NCBI GenBank assembly: GCA_051294905.1
Contig: CM119372.1
Coordinates: 12,588,001 to 12,648,000 of the forward strand
Reading direction: 5' to 3'
Length of the DNA stretch: 60,000 bases
DNA from: Botryllus schlosseri
Lineage: Eukaryota
Shown: positions 24,082 through 37,806 of the stretch, one piece after another
Numbering within the stretch: the stretch's first letter is position 1
How the letters are laid out: each line of letters opens with the position of its first letter
Notes under the pieces: model-generated
Databases searched by the model: none
Seen by the model: the letters and a program-made list of their open reading frames with translations, nothing else
What the model was told of the DNA's origin: nothing
Program-made: the position numbers and the translations under genes

Positions 24082-24750
24082 GTGTACACACTGTACAGTG
24101 TACGGCGCTGCATTAACACTTTAGCTGCCAAGGCCTATTATGGAAATTACCAGTAAATGCCAGCAAACAACGAATTTTCGACTAGTTGCATATTTAGCTG
24201 GAATCGGGCGTGCTGATAAGTGTAAATCTTCTGCATCTTATGAATTTTTTTTTTCCAATATCAAGGAAGTACAAAAATATTGCAATTTTTTGGCTGCTCA
24301 TTTTATGAAAACGCCACCTAGTTACAAACCAAAAAAATGTTGACCTATTGTATACAGATGTGATATTTTAAAAATACTTCCGGTAACGAAAATGGTTGTT
24401 CCTGACAACAAGCCTATTGAGTAGCCTCGAATACACCCGTAATCCGGGGATAGAACCAATTCTGGACTTCACTGTACGCATTTGAAAAATATCCTAAATA
24501 TAGGATCGTTGGCACGTTATGGGATTGAGTAAAATCCTAAATCTAGGATTGTTGACAGTCAAAGTGTTAAGTTCTCGAATATTGATGCAACACCCGATTC
24601 TCAGTGGGACTAATTCTGAGTTTATTCGATTCGTTTGAAGGGGAACCCATTTTGCACTAAACTTGATCGGCGACAGACGGACCGGTGACGAGCGCACCAA
24701 TATCGAATTTCAAACCATTGGGTATTTGGTAAAAAAAAGTGGATTTCTAC

Positions 24751-26312
24751 CAGAGTTGGATCAATTGTAATTTGTAATTGATCTGAATGTAATTAATTAC
24801 ATTTTTTCATGTAATTGTAATTGTAATTGTAATTGAAGCATTTCAATTTTGTGTAATTGTAATTGTAATTTGATCAAAATTTTGCTCAATTACAATCTCA
24901 ATTACATTTTCATGGAAACCTGACAATCACAACATAAAATAATCATTTAATCAATCATTTATTCGTCGCACCAGTGAAAATCCGGTACGAACCAGGATGA
25001 CGACGAGGGACCTTAAGGCCTTAGTAAACAGTGACCACATGTAATAATTAGCCTATTTACATCGGTGTTCTATGCGTGCTGCGTTATAACTAGATAATTC
25101 AGTCACGCTAGACTGTTTCCCATACTTCAGTAGCAACAGAAAACTTTGTGAATTACAATATAGGCTGAACCAGTGGTTCTTAAATTGGGGGCGTGCCCCC
25201 TTGGGCGGCGTGAAAGCATCTGAACGGGGCGCGACGCTCCAGTGAACTGAAATCTTTTCAGCGTTTGGCCGGATTCACCTCCGTTTTCTGGTTAGTGCTC
25301 GGTGTATAGTCTGAATTTCTTATTGGAGAATTCTCTCATCAACAGTCATAACCTTCCATACCAGCAAACTATATGTAAGGATTGTTAACTTTCTGGTTTC
25401 ATTGTGTGGTATGACGATAAGGGGGGCACGAAATATTCACTGTCATAAAGGGGGCGTGTCTAAAAAAGTTAGAGAACCAGTGGGCTAAACTAAATCTTAA
25501 CATTTCAAAAATGGATGAACAGCAAATAAACTCTTCTGAAACCTGTGCTCAACCATTTCCAACACCACGGTCCAAGTTTTTTTAAATCTCTGATCAGTAC
25601 CGAGGCTTGTTGCAATCTTACCTCCAATCTTGGCCAAATTTACTGGGGCCAGAAACTTTTCGCACCCTAATGTTCATCAAATGCAATCTAACAGTTTCCG
25701 AGCAAGTGAAAATGTAAAGGCGAACCAAAATATTGTAATTCTTAGTTATCAGGAGGTTATTTCCTTTTGCATCTATTTTAATTTTACGCACCTTATCGGT
25801 ATCATCCTTATCGCTGACGCCTTACCATACATTTCATTATCCTGACTCAGCTCTGAGTAGCCTAATCGTTTGATTACATTTCATTGACTGTCCTGTAGCC
25901 TATTCGCTGTTAGTCGCTCAAACCGCTGGTTCTTAACAGTCGCTTGAAACATTTTTTGTGCTTGTAGTTTTCAGTACTCATGATTAGGAACAGTTCGAAT
26001 ACGTTCGAGTTTTTTTAATTAAAGGGTATTCTACATATCAGGAATGAAACATGAATAGCTTGAGATTGTTGCTAATGATGTCGCTACGGTTGTCAAAGAA
26101 CACCTCTTTACTGAATCAATTACCTGTTTAAAAGTAATTGTAATTGTATTGCAATTGTATTAATTACATGTTTAACAGTAATTGTAATTGTAATTGTAAT
26201 TTGGTATTTTTAGAATTGAGTAATTGTAATTGTAATGTAATTGAAGCATGTAAGGAAGTAATTGTAATTGTAATTGTAATTGAATTAAAATATTGTAATT
26301 GATCCAACTCTG
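24751..26312. mobile_element. hAT-type MITE with GTAATT arrays
   Basis: TIR CAGAGTTGGATCAATT...AATTGATCCAACTCTG. Perfect TSD ATTTCTAC. Confidence 0.9.
25171..25482. mobile_element. Small hAT (Buster/Charlie-like) MITE; related degenerate copy at about 31632-31933
   Basis: CAGTGGTTCT...AGAACCAGTG. TSD GGCTGAAC/GGCTAAAC. Confidence 0.75.
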
Positions 26313-27889
26313 ATTTCTACTGACAAGGTCGCAACATGCGCTGATTTCTGCGGTCACAGTTGAACAAATCGCACCATTTCAAGATTAAATTGGACTGTAA
26401 GGCTTGATATTAACGAGTGCGGTACCGGTATTAAAACGTCACGGAACTGTTTTAACGCTGTACAATGTGTACAGTACATGCAACGGCATGGAGTAAAGTG
26501 CGTTCTCATGCGGATATGACGTCATCGACAGACGAAACGAAGTAATTATCACGTCACACGACTTTGCATACCCCAACAAAATGACGGTTCCTTGCGAAGG
26601 CTACAACCGAACCACAGCTGCCGGAGCTGGAGCCGGAGCAGTGCTTATCAATGAGCTCCGGAGCTGGAGCCGGAGCTAATCTATGATAAAAGAGAGCGCT
26701 GGAGCTGGAGCAGTTTAAAATTTTCGACTGCTCCAAAGCCCTGCTATGTAGTACGTACGTCGTACGTACACCGGCAAAGATTTGAAATTTTGTACTCGCC
26801 AAATAAAACATTACGATTTCCACAACGAAGCATTAAAAATCAACAGCTGCTGATATATATCATAACCGAACCGTTATTTGCCGTTTCTCGTAACGGCAGC
26901 TTGCAGTGTCTGTATTAAGTAGAAGGCAGAATTTTGTGTTCACTTTATCTTATTCTGATATGACTCTAAACGGGCGCCAATCGTTATCTCGCAATACTTA
27001 CCTGCCGCCATAGCCATCCGCTAATCTGCCATGTTAGCGTGGGTTGTAGCTAGAATGAGAACCAAAACAGCAATTCGTCCCGCACTCTAAATGTTGGTCT
27101 TGGGCCCCAATAAGGTGGTCAATTTTCAAGTTGAATGATCGACAATAATATTAGTAATTACATTAAAATCTATTACTATTCCTTTTTAATCCTCTCTCAG
27201 CCCTTGTTAGTCAGATCTACGTGTGAAGCTGATGGCACTCGATTCATCATTACAACAGCTGGTGTGTTGTTGTAATTACTTTATTGTAAGCTGTTAATTC
27301 GTGACCTCCGGTCTGTTGTATAATCAAAAGATATTGTAGTCACCCACACGAAGCAGACGGAAAAAAAAAACATTTAAATCGCGAAGCCCGAAATTTTTTC
27401 TCAGGTTAATCAAATCTCTCGAAAATACTCTATAATTCATGTTGGCTTTACCAAATACTTGTGAGTCCCCTTCGAGCGAGCTCACGACCCTATTGGGGAG
27501 TTTAGGGTGAGACAGTTACGGACCTGGCAAGAATGCAAATCGTTGGATGCGATAAATCATCCTCTATAAAGTTGGGCAATGTGTACATTATGACATAGCA
27601 AGCAAATTGCGCATCATTTATTGAGAAAGTTGTTGTTATCTCATTAGGTCTTTTCAACGCAATCCTTATATTGTCTTAAATATATCTTCTAAGATTACTT
27701 CTAAGAAGCAAAATAAATGTAATCGTGAGTAATCGTGATTACTTTTCCAATGTAATCGTAATCGTAATCGACTACTTCCTGATTTTGCTGTAATCGTAAT
27801 CGTAATCGCATGATTCAGAAGTAATCGTAATCGCAATCGATTACATTCATGAAGTAATCACCCCATGTCTGAATGTAACTACTGGAATT

Positions 27890-28783
27890 CAGTGTTGGGA
27901 TGACTCGAGTCACCTTTTTCGTATGACTTGACTTGACTCGAGTCACTTTGCTAAAATGACTTGACTTGACTTGACTCGGCGTATCAAAAATGCGGATTGA
28001 CTCGTGACTCGGAGCAAAATTCACGAGTCAATTTCGAGTCATCAAGCAATCGAGGTCGATCAAAATCATTGTATCTTGCATATGCTCGGATTGTACGCGA
28101 AACGCTGGTGTAACCTATGAGAGCGACCAATCATTCAATGATCGTTCTCTCACAAATAAATTGATCGCAAACGAAGTGACCGAAGCTTACAGCTTACGTT
28201 GTCGTAAACTAGTATAGTGGAGTAATTTAATAGCAAATTGTCTATTTCTGTTCTCTGTTCTTAACTTAATCAAACCTTTTGCTTTATTGAAATTGAATTC
28301 CAATAAAGTGCGCAGGTTGGAATTGTATCATATCAATTTGTAGATGGGTAATGGTATCGCATCTTATCAATTCGTTTCTATATTCTCTATTTTGGCTGGT
28401 AACTATAAACTGAGGCTGTGCAATTACTTACGTAGTTTATTAGTTCTACTTATACGTGAGCGATACAGCGCCTTACTTGCGTGTATATTCAACTCTAATT
28501 CGTTCATCGGTTCAAAATCAATGACCATTCAATCTGTATTTCAGACAGCTAGCAAAATACAATGACGTAATCACGCCTCATACCTCGAAAAGGCAATTTG
28601 ACTTGAATTGTAACTTGACTCGTGACTTGACTTGACTTGACTCGAGTCACCTCCGAAAATCGACTGACTTGACTTGACTCGAGTCACCTTCGAAAATCGA
28701 TTGACTTGACTTGACTCGAGTCAAAATGTGCAATGACTCGAAATGACTCGTGACTCGAAGGTAGTGACTTGATCCCAACACTG
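27890..28783. mobile_element. hAT-type MITE with GACTC/GACTT arrays
   Basis: TIR CAGTGTTGGGAT...ATCCCAACACTG. Perfect TSD CTGGAATT. Confidence 0.9.
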
Positions 28784-30938
28784 CTGGAATTCTTCATAAG
28801 GCCAGATTTCGTTAAAATAAAATTTTTTCATGTAAAAATTTGTCAGTTTTTGAGGCAAAAAAGTGTTTTCAGGCCAAACTACTTCGTCAATACAGACAGT
28901 TCCAACCAGAAATGAATATAAGTAGTACAATTCTAACATTATGTGGGAAAAAAACCTAATTTGCATATGTTAGGCCAAATTTGGTCAAAATTAAGATTTT
29001 TAAGGTAAAAAATGTCAAAATTAAGGGTTTTTTAGGTCAAAATCTTCCGTTTTTTAAGTAAAAAAATCGCCCTACTAATAACTAAAAAAGGGTTTTTATG
29101 TACCATCAATCACGGTTATTAGTAACAATATTGATAAAGTTAGACATTATTCGCAAATATTAATACAGTTGCAGTCTTGCAGAGGAAGAAAATCGCAATA
29201 TGCAACATCGATCAGGATGCAGTCACAACTTGTAGCAATTTTTGTAATTATACCATGATACTGTGACAGAGTAAATATAGTCTGGCTTTATAAAATTGAT
29301 GTAAATATACCAAACGCTGCTTCCCACTTGTCAAAATCAAAATTATTTGCAGTGTAGCTTAGCTGCTTGGGCCTAACAAATGATTAAAAAAACTCCAAGT
29401 CCTAGTCTATGAATACTTGAGTAAGTGCATGTAGACTAGACATAATCTATGTCACCACTTCCTCAGTTTCGTTTCTGACTATTACTGATTAGTAGTGAGA
29501 CAGTGTGTGCTTGTAATCAGTATAGTGTGTAATGAGAAAATTAGTAAGTTACATCTCTGTATTAGTTGCTGACTCATACACAAGAGCTTCTCTAGATTGT
29601 TTTATCTACATTTCAATTATACAGGATTGGATATAGAGCCTATGTCATGTTTGAATGATTCATACATATTAGGATATTAAAGAGTCCTTGTTGGAGTCGG
29701 TGGCAAAATTTACCGAATCCACAGCCCTGTTGGCGACTGAGCCATTTTGCACTGTGTAAGTGTGTATTTTAAATTTTTTATTGACGAAACTACATATCTA
29801 TTGTCTAACAAGACACCGTCCACCAGTGATTCGCACCATATGCTGACATTTTCATTAACAAGTTGAAAGTAAATGGAATTGTATATACGCATTGGCCTCA
29901 ATGCAGCATGGGTCGCACGTGTCGGCTACATGAGATAGCAAACGCACGAGCGTGGCAACAAGAAAATGCCTAGTCATTGACAGGACCGTAACAGCACTTC
30001 GTCACCCCCTCCCCCTCCCCCCCAAAAAAGACGATGGTCTTGGGCCCCCCAGAGGGTGCTAAACCGAACTCCTGGGGGCCGTTTGGTGATTGAGCTTGCG
30101 TCGCCTAAACGCGCGAAGCGCGAAAAATTTATGTAATTCATGATTGAATCAGTCAATATGATCGGGAAATGCACATATATTGATATCAATTTTCATCTTC
30201 TCTCTGCTCACGTAATCGGATTTACCGGTAGCGCTGCGTGAGGTGTGCTGGAAAAGTACGTAGGACCCCTAAATAATAATTAAACTTCTGCGGGCGTATC
30301 CGTTGGTATACTGACTTTGTTACATGATGCTATTTCGTGACCTCCTATCTGCTATGTCACAAGATTTTGAAATCGCCCAAACGCACTAAACTAGAAGACG
30401 TACACGGTTTCAAATAGGTATTTCTTTACTGGCAAATACTGTTCCAAGCGCGATGGCATTTGTCTTGTGGGGCTCAGATTGCTAGGACATTTAGGCGCCT
30501 ATGGACAATTAAACATATATGTATTGTATTTATATTGAAGTTTTCGGTCAGCACAAGGGCAGTATTTTTCGGTCAAGGTCTTCTCGCTGCTGATCGTTCT
30601 GGCACACTTCTCGGAATCGCATGTTACATGGCCATCACTAAGCGTTCAAGACTGAAATTCGAGGACCTCAACACTTGTTTTTCCACTTCATGCAGACTCA
30701 TTTCAATACTTGCTTATATTTATATCTAAAACTTTTATAAAAATCTATATTTTACAAAAGCCCTATTTTTGATATTTTTCGGTAGTTTTTTTTCGGTAGT
30801 TATGGCATTTGTTTCCCGAATTGCCAAAAATACCACGGCCTGATTATTATTGACAGCTATCGCAAGCTGAACACATGTCTCCTGTTCTATACTCCAAAAC
30901 GAACCAATAAGTCCGTTACTTGCAACATTGGCTTATGG

Positions 30939-32155
30939 CAGGGGCGGGCAACATACGGCCCGTGGGCCGGATCCGGCCCGCGACGGCATTTTGTCCGGCC
31001 CGCGGGCAGCTTCCCGTCTTACATGATAATGTGGCCTGTGGCTAATCAGTCTGCCGAGATTTCCCACTACTTGGCTACTACGTCAAATTTCAGTGACTGT
31101 ATGTTAATATATTCGTGTGTTAGCACTGCGCAGCGTGCGAGAGTGGAGCTTACGGGTAAGTTCGTCGAAGCGTGAAGACTTGCATTGTCAGCATTCACTA
31201 TGAACTTAACCCCTATGTTGTTTGTGGTAATCATGGTGTTTGTCGACTGCAATGGTCATTTACACCAGGCCGATATTTCTTATTTTTCATTCCGTAACCG
31301 CCAACTGGTAGCACGGCACACGTCCAGGCTTTTGTGCGACACCGCTTAATGGTTATGCCGATGAGATGGCGAGTAGGAGCCTAGATTAACCTTCAACACT
31401 TAGGTAGCAATTCTAGAGTCGGACTCGAACCCAAAACACATTGGGTTTTGTAGCTGTGTATTATACCACTACGCTATCTCACCCACTATCTCGCCACCTA
31501 CTCAACCCTAATGAATTGATATCTTGGTAAATTTGGAGTACCGGGCTTATCGAACAACTTAAAATCTTAATTAAGGATTGCACCTTGTGTTGATTGATCA
31601 GAGAAAAGCAGACATGGCGGTGCATGTACGACCGCGGTTCTCAAGCTGGGGGGCGTGAAAGCATCTGAAGGGGGTGCGAAGTCACAGTTAACTGAAAAAT
31701 TTTTCGCGCTTGGCGCGATTTACCTTAACCTCATGCTCTATCTATTGTCCGAATTTCATATTTGAGAATTTTCTCATCGATAGCCATAACCTTTAGTGCC
31801 TTCATACTCTCCGTTGGGAGGGCTAGCATTCTGATTCACCTCTTTAATATTTGTGATATCACGATAAGGAGGGGCGCGGAATTTTTCACTATAAAAAAGA
31901 GGGAAATGTTAAAAAAAGTTTAAGAACCACATGGCAATGCTGTCCTCAAATCCACATTCTCTTCGTCATTACCGGCGAGAAATTGCTTTGAAATAACATT
32001 GATTCGTTAAAATACTATCATTAGATACCATTTATACCATGTATAATGTATGTGTGAATAAATGGGCAAATAATGTATCGATTCAGCAATCCGGCCCGCC
32101 AAGTACTTAATTTTCCTATATCCGGCCCGCCGACTGGAGAAGTTGCCCGCCCCTG
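30939..32155. mobile_element. hAT (Buster-like) MITE with nested SINE and MITE
   Basis: TIR CAGGGGCGGGCAA...TTGCCCGCCCCTG. Perfect TSD GCTTATGG. GGCCCGC subterminal motifs. Confidence 0.9.
31270..31486 (-). mobile_element. tRNA-derived SINE fragment (3' boundary approximate)
   Basis: Minus strand reads GGTGAGATAGCGTAGTGGTAT...TTGGGTTCGAGTCC (A and B boxes). Confidence 0.55.
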
Positions 32156-33486
32156 GCTTATGGCATCACAAAAGGAATGTTACTTACAAGTTACAAGCTG
32201 CATACAGCTGGTATGAAGATTGTGCGATAGATTATTGCACACTCTGTTAACATGTTCTGAAGCATAAACTTTCCTGTTTGTTGTTATACCGAGTCATTGC
32301 TATATTTTAAAGCGGATTTGGTACACCCCAGTACACCCCATCTGAGTGGTACACCATTATACAAATTTGCTACTACCCAGGGTGTACGCGATTACTTTCT
32401 TAAGCTAGAAATTTTGAATCCTGTCCTGATCCAGATCCAGCTGTCGATCAAAAACGAGAATCCGGATCCGATCCAGTTTGAGAAAAACTTGCCGGATTCC
32501 TTCTGTTCGGTTAGAATCTAAAATCCTCATCCAGTGCATCTCTAGTGTACGTACCAGAGATAAGCGGATTTGAAATTTCTATGTCCTAATCCAATCCAAA
32601 TCCGAAGCTTCATATTCTAATCCCAAACCTAATCCAGAAATATTGTATATTATAATCCTAATTCAAATCCTAATCAGATTCAAAGTTAGAATTCCACATA
32701 CAAATACTACGTTCATGCCTGTAATTCTGTGAAAATAAATAAAACGCTAAATGAGTGCCAAAGTACATAGAGTTACCATACGTCGTCCTTTAGAAGGATT
32801 TGTAAAATGGACATATATTTTGAGAAAATTCATTTTACGCGAAAGCCATATATTGGCCCTGATTAGCTTGCGAGACATTCACAACCCTGGCCAAGATATG
32901 AACGAAAAATATTCCTAAAATTTCGTAAATTTGATTTTTTTCGTGTTTTCAACAAGTACCTTAAAAACCACGAATTTCCAGCTTTCTCGCCCGTCTTCGC
33001 TGTTTAAAGTCATTTATGCCCATTTTCACTCTAATCTGTCCATTACCTTAGCCGTTAGAGCTGTAAAGGAGGACGAATTGCCAGAAAAGACGACATTTAG
33101 GCGTCCTCTGTTGACAGTTTCAGAAGAGTCAGAAAAGAGGACAAATCCTCTTAAAACAGGACGTATGGTAACCAAGCCCCGAACTACTGCTATCTCCGAC
33201 TAAGCAAATTTGCGTGATCACCATGGGCAGATGCATTTTGAGTAGTAAGCTGGACGATTTAGTACAGGCGCTTATGGGAAAGCATCCAGTGTTTAAATAT
33301 ATTTGATTCATGATGGGTTTGTAGTATTTTATGCAAATGAAGCTTTGAATGAATAAGTATCGTAACATTCAGGATTTGTTTCAGCCCAATATCTCGTGTT
33401 TATATCTGTGTAGTTCGACATGTCGAAGATATCTCGTTCTGGGGGTAGTGTTGGTTGCGCCCATTCAGTTTTCCATGCTCTGATAC

Positions 33487-34870
33487 CAGAGGTGGTCAGT
33501 AACGAAGTACTTCTACTTTTTCGAAGTACTCAAGTAGTTTTCCTCTACTTCTGGTACTTACTCAAGTAGATATGATTTTCGCTACTTCTACTTCTACTTC
33601 GTAATATTCTGTGATCTACTTACTTACTTTTCGCTGCTTTCAGTTTGTCAAGTAGAAGTAGTTTGATCCCCCAATACGGAAGATAGCCTGAGGAATTCAG
33701 GGGCTCTTTTCACGGAGAACCAACATTTCATATTCACAAAAGTCATGTCAAGCCCTGAAATTTTTTTGCGCTTTGCGCACACTAGTTATGGAGTAACAAA
33801 TATATTTTCACGAAAGTATCAGTGAATATAATTTAGGTACTGGATTGCTTGGTTCCGCTCTCACCGCATTCTCGCCCATATCAAATATTTAATCACGGTA
33901 AATATGGCCCACCATAACGTTTGAAACTACCGTTTCGCAATCTAGCAATTACCTATCGTATAGTAATCTAGCAGCCCATGACGTGTCCTGCTAATCTGGA
34001 AAATCCGGATTTTTTGAACGTTACACCTGTTTTAGCAGATCACCTTTGAAGCTTTATGAACAAATGACATGAAATATATTGTCCGCTTTTTAGAAGTGGT
34101 ATTTGTATTTTACTTTCAATTCCGATCGAGTATCATATTTTCAGTTCTTTTGTCTGCATGTTGAAGCATAAAAGCAAGTGTAGTAATGCCTCTATTTTCC
34201 GAAAATAAAGCTACACTAAATATAAATTTTACGATCCACAATATTTGTTATTAACGTGTACTAATCGCGCAAAGTGTTGAAACCGTATCCGATAACACTT
34301 TGCTGTATTGCTCTTCGCCGAAACTTGGGGCCTTATAATATGGGGTAGGGCGCCATGTCATGATGTTCTCTAAAACGTGGGTCTCCCAGTAAACAAAGGG
34401 TTAGTATCGCATTTTCATATCAATACTATAATTTGCATCCCATGATGCAAAAGAATGCTTATTTTGTCGAAAATTGAAACCTCATGGGATGCATCAATAC
34501 GAATCAAGTTCTCTTCACCTTCCACATAGCTCAATTTACAGCATTTGACAGTCCATGCGAACGAATAAATACTGTTTTCAAAACTACTTACTTACTAATG
34601 GCGCAAAGTGTTTTCACCGTATCCGATACAATTTTCTCTATATCGCATCGCTCAATTTGCAGCTTTTGACAATCCATGTGAACGAATTACGATATTTTTC
34701 ACAACTACTTACTTACTTGAGTAGATTTAAAGGCGGTCAATTCTACTTCTACTTCAAGTAGTTTTAGGTGGCCTATTGAAGAAGTACTTCTACTCGTACT
34801 TGAGTAGATTTTTTCGTCGCTACTTCTACTTCTACTTGAGTAGCTTTCTTGACTACTTTGACCACCTCTG
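33487..34870. mobile_element. hAT-type MITE with TACTT arrays
   Basis: TIR CAGAGGTGGTCA...TGACCACCTCTG. Perfect TSD TCTGATAC. A related left end occurs near 52547. Confidence 0.9.
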
Positions 34871-36534
34871 TCTGATACTCTGTTTATATAGCTCAAAAAG
34901 AGTTCGTGTATCATCTAAAAATAGTACATTGAACGCTCTCGTATTCGACATTTCGTGCTGGTGACGTCATATTTTGTGTTACGATTGTTGATATACGCTG
35001 TTCTTTCGAATTCTCTACTAGTTGCTGACGATTACCCCTGACGAGTGTCAGCCGAAAATATTCGGGTTCATTTTAATATGAATATGCTATTCAATTGTAT
35101 ATTGAAGTTCTGTACCTCAAAGAAGCTGTTCTTATATAGCTCAGTGCTCTGATTCCACTGCGACTCAAAGCTCCGAACTCAACCCTGGCATCTAGCGGTT
35201 CTGTAACTTATTTTCTGCCGCTGAAAAGTGTCGCTGTAGAGCCTTCTTATCTTCTGAAGAAATTCTTGTAAACTACGCAATGAAGGAGAACGGCAGCGGG
35301 AAGCGTAGTATGAAGTTTTCATGAAGGGTTATTGTTCAGAATTTGAATCATCAGCAGCGAAGTGTAACTTAATGATGCAAAGTGATGCTCTCATAGTTTG
35401 ATCAAGTTCACTTCATAAAGATAGTATCTAGTAGTGTTAGTTGAATAGCGATAGTCAGTTGGCGACCGAGGTAGTATCGATTGCTTATCGCAACGCTATT
35501 GATATCATATTTGAGTAATTACCGCATTATGTATTTCACCTATGCCCCGTGTCTTAACCTGTCCGGCTATCCCTGTTTATTCGCGTAGTGTTTCACATAT
35601 TAAAAAGAAATAACATTAGCTAGCCTACTGAAATTCTATTAAAATGTATCGTACTTCGGGTATGGTCATAGGTGAATCTTTGATCTACTTGAAATTTCCA
35701 GCTTTTCTTTGTATTGATGCATTCATCATTCATAGACTCCCTTGTAAGTCTACTGTACAGACTGAGTGCAGTTCCCTGCAAAGATTGAGACCCATTCCTA
35801 TGCATCGCAACTCATAACTTCGCACCTTATCTAGTAAACGGCTGTCATTCGTAATTCTCATGTCATTCCAACGTTTTCCGTTAACATACCATGTGATCCG
35901 ACGTATGGAATCGGTGTCTCGTGCACAACAAAGATTCTATTGACTACACACAGGTGTGATGCTGAGAACCGTCTTTGCACACTACATATATTACGCCAAA
36001 CGTACCTGAATTCCAACCCGGCATATAATTCATATGCACTTCGGATATTTCAATTCAATGATATAGAAGCTTCACATCAATATGGCAAACACGAGAAAAA
36101 TATGCAAAAGAGACTGTTTCTACATGAACTGAAGGAATCTATGTTGCATAGGCCTAGTGATTGATTGTTGAACTTGGTTACAGTGCACTTAATGTGCTGC
36201 TCCGTTCCAGTTTGCCAATGCTAAGCGAAGTCACTTGATAACATTACTTGATGATGCGAAAATCCTGCACTGCTCGTGTTACAAGATATGATTTCGAAAT
36301 ACATTGTCTATAGGGATTTTATCGCGTGTACAGTAGCCTACATTATTTTTGTGTTTCATTTCAGCAGGAAGGAATTTGTTCTCAAAATTCTTGTCTACTG
36401 CTCCTTACTCTGCCTGTGCCACTGCTATGATGATATAAGTAGACTGCCATTACTGAATTGACCCTACTTTTGCAGCTTTTTCAATTCCGTAGTCCCCACG
36501 ACAATTCTATTCCGCACGTCCTGGTCTGCCCACT

Positions 36535-37806
36535 ATGCAGACGAGGAGAAAAAGACCGGTCCGTGAGGCGTCCAAGGCCGCTGCACCGCCCTCTAATACA
36601 GGCAAGAAAAAGCCTCCAGTGAAATGCATTGTCAAGCCTCCTCCCATCAAAAAACGCAAAAAGTCAAAAAGTTCAGCGAACGAGACTAGTGCCAAAGAAA
36701 TTGTTGAAACCGTTGACACCGTTGTATCGTCGGCACCAGACAAAGCTTTGGAAGAGAAATTACAGGCAGCGCCGCCTGCTACAAAGCCTAAAAGACGAAG
36801 GCGCAAATCATCTACAAAACCCCGTAGAACCAAAAGAAGTCCGTCATTGTTTTCACCTACCTACAAGATACCAAGCCATTCTGAAGAGGAGGACGGTGAA
36901 GATGAAACCGCCTTGCCGCCAAACACGGAGTTAGAGGAACAGGTACCTGAAGTCTCGTCAACAACCGGCGAGCTCGAAACGGTCCCAGAGCACGGAGAAA
37001 CGGAATCTGCGGATCCAAAGGATAGCAGCGGTATGATGACAGCTTTGGAGGAACCTGCATCGTCTCCGGATATCACTCCTCAAGATATTCAAAACGCAGA
37101 GCCGGATTTATCTTACCTTCAGCCCGCCGTTCCCAACGCTTCTGCGAATTACGACGCAGATTGGGAGGTCTTCGATCCGTTCTTTTTCATCAAGCACCTA
37201 CCTCCTTTGACAGAGGAGCAGCGATCTAGGCAACCGGCATTACCGCTAAAAACAAGAAGCTCCCCAGAACTTTCGTTAGTTCTTGACTTGGACGAAACAC
37301 TAGTGCACTGCAGTCTTACCGAGCTGCCAGACGCGGATCTCACTTTCTCTGTCCTATTTCAAGGGATCATGTATCAGGTGTACGTGCGCACCAGGCCGGA
37401 TTTCGGCGAATTTCTGGAGAGAATGTCAAAGTTCTACGAAATCATTCTGTTCACGGCGTCGAAAAAAGTCTACGCCAATAAGTTGCTGAATATGCTAGAC
37501 GGGGAGAAGAAGTTGGTGAAGCACCGACTGTTTCGCGAGCATTGCGTCTGCGTGCAAGGGAATTACATCAAAGATCTCAACATTCTCGGCAGGGATCTCA
37601 GCAAGACTGTAATCGTGGATAACTCCCCGCAGGCTTTCGCTTATCAGCTGTCTAACGGAATTCCGATACTGAGCTGGTTCTCCGACAAATCAGACAGGGA
37701 GCTGCTGAAACTGGCCCCCTTTCTGGAATCGCTCGCAGTTACCGGCGGGGACGTCCGGCCTAAAGTCAAACAGAAGTTCCGTCTCCATGAACTGTTACCC
37801 CCGTAA
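36535..37806 (+). CDS. CTDSPL2: CTD small phosphatase-like 2 (SCP4; FCP1/NIF HAD phosphatase), single coding exon, 423 aa
   Basis: Motifs [107 protein letters not shown] and C-terminal FRLHELLPP. Basic/acidic disordered N-terminus. Acceptor-like TTTGCAG ends at 36475. Confidence 0.97.
   Translation: MQTRRKRPVREASKAAAPPSNTGKKKPPVKCIVKPPPIKKRKKSKSSANETSAKEIVETVDTVVSSAPDKALEEKLQAAPPATKPKRRRRKSSTKPRRTKRSPSLFSPTYKIPSHSEEEDGEDETALPPNTELEEQVPEVSSTTGELETVPEHGETESADPKDSSGMMTALEEPASSPDITPQDIQNAEPDLSYLQPAVPNASANYDADWEVFDPFFFIKHLPPLTEEQRSRQPALPLKTRSSPELSLVLDLDETLVHCSLTELPDADLTFSVLFQGIMYQVYVRTRPDFGEFLERMSKFYEIILFTASKKVYANKLLNMLDGEKKLVKHRLFREHCVCVQGNYIKDLNILGRDLSKTVIVDNSPQAFAYQLSNGIPILSWFSDKSDRELLKLAPFLESLAVTGGDVRPKVKQKFRLHELLPP

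Larger units (their letters stand above)
21556..26743. mobile_element. hAT-type non-autonomous element with GGAGCC/GGAGCT arrays, itself containing nested MITEs
   Basis: TIR CAGGGCTTTGGA...TCCAAAGCCCTG. TSD ATATGTAG (21548-21555) / CTATGTAG (26744-26751). Confidence 0.8.
6194..27871. mobile_element. hAT-type MITE with GTAATC arrays, split by the palindromic element and by element 21556-26743
   Basis: TIR CAGACATGGGGT...ACCCCATGTCTG. Perfect 8-bp TSD AATGTAAC (6186-6193, 27872-27879). GTAATC repeats at both ends. Confidence 0.85.
5442..29729. mobile_element. Outer hAT-type non-autonomous element (about 1.7 kb of its own sequence) hosting a 22-kb nest of insertions
   Basis: TIR CAGGGCTGT...ACAGCCCTG. 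8-bp TSD TTGGTGAC (5434-5441) / TTGGCGAC (29730-29737). Subterminal GGAGTC/GACTCC arrays. Confidence 0.75.

Noticed and set aside
2930..33300. Head-to-head DUOXA maturation-factor gene expected upstream of DUOX
   Set aside because: I found no DUOXA motifs (LPGIRG, YNE.F.W, KGLP.P.L..AE) on the + strand.
36507..37343. Antisense and alternate-frame ORFs over CTDSPL2
   Set aside because: These are shadow ORFs of the real CDS.
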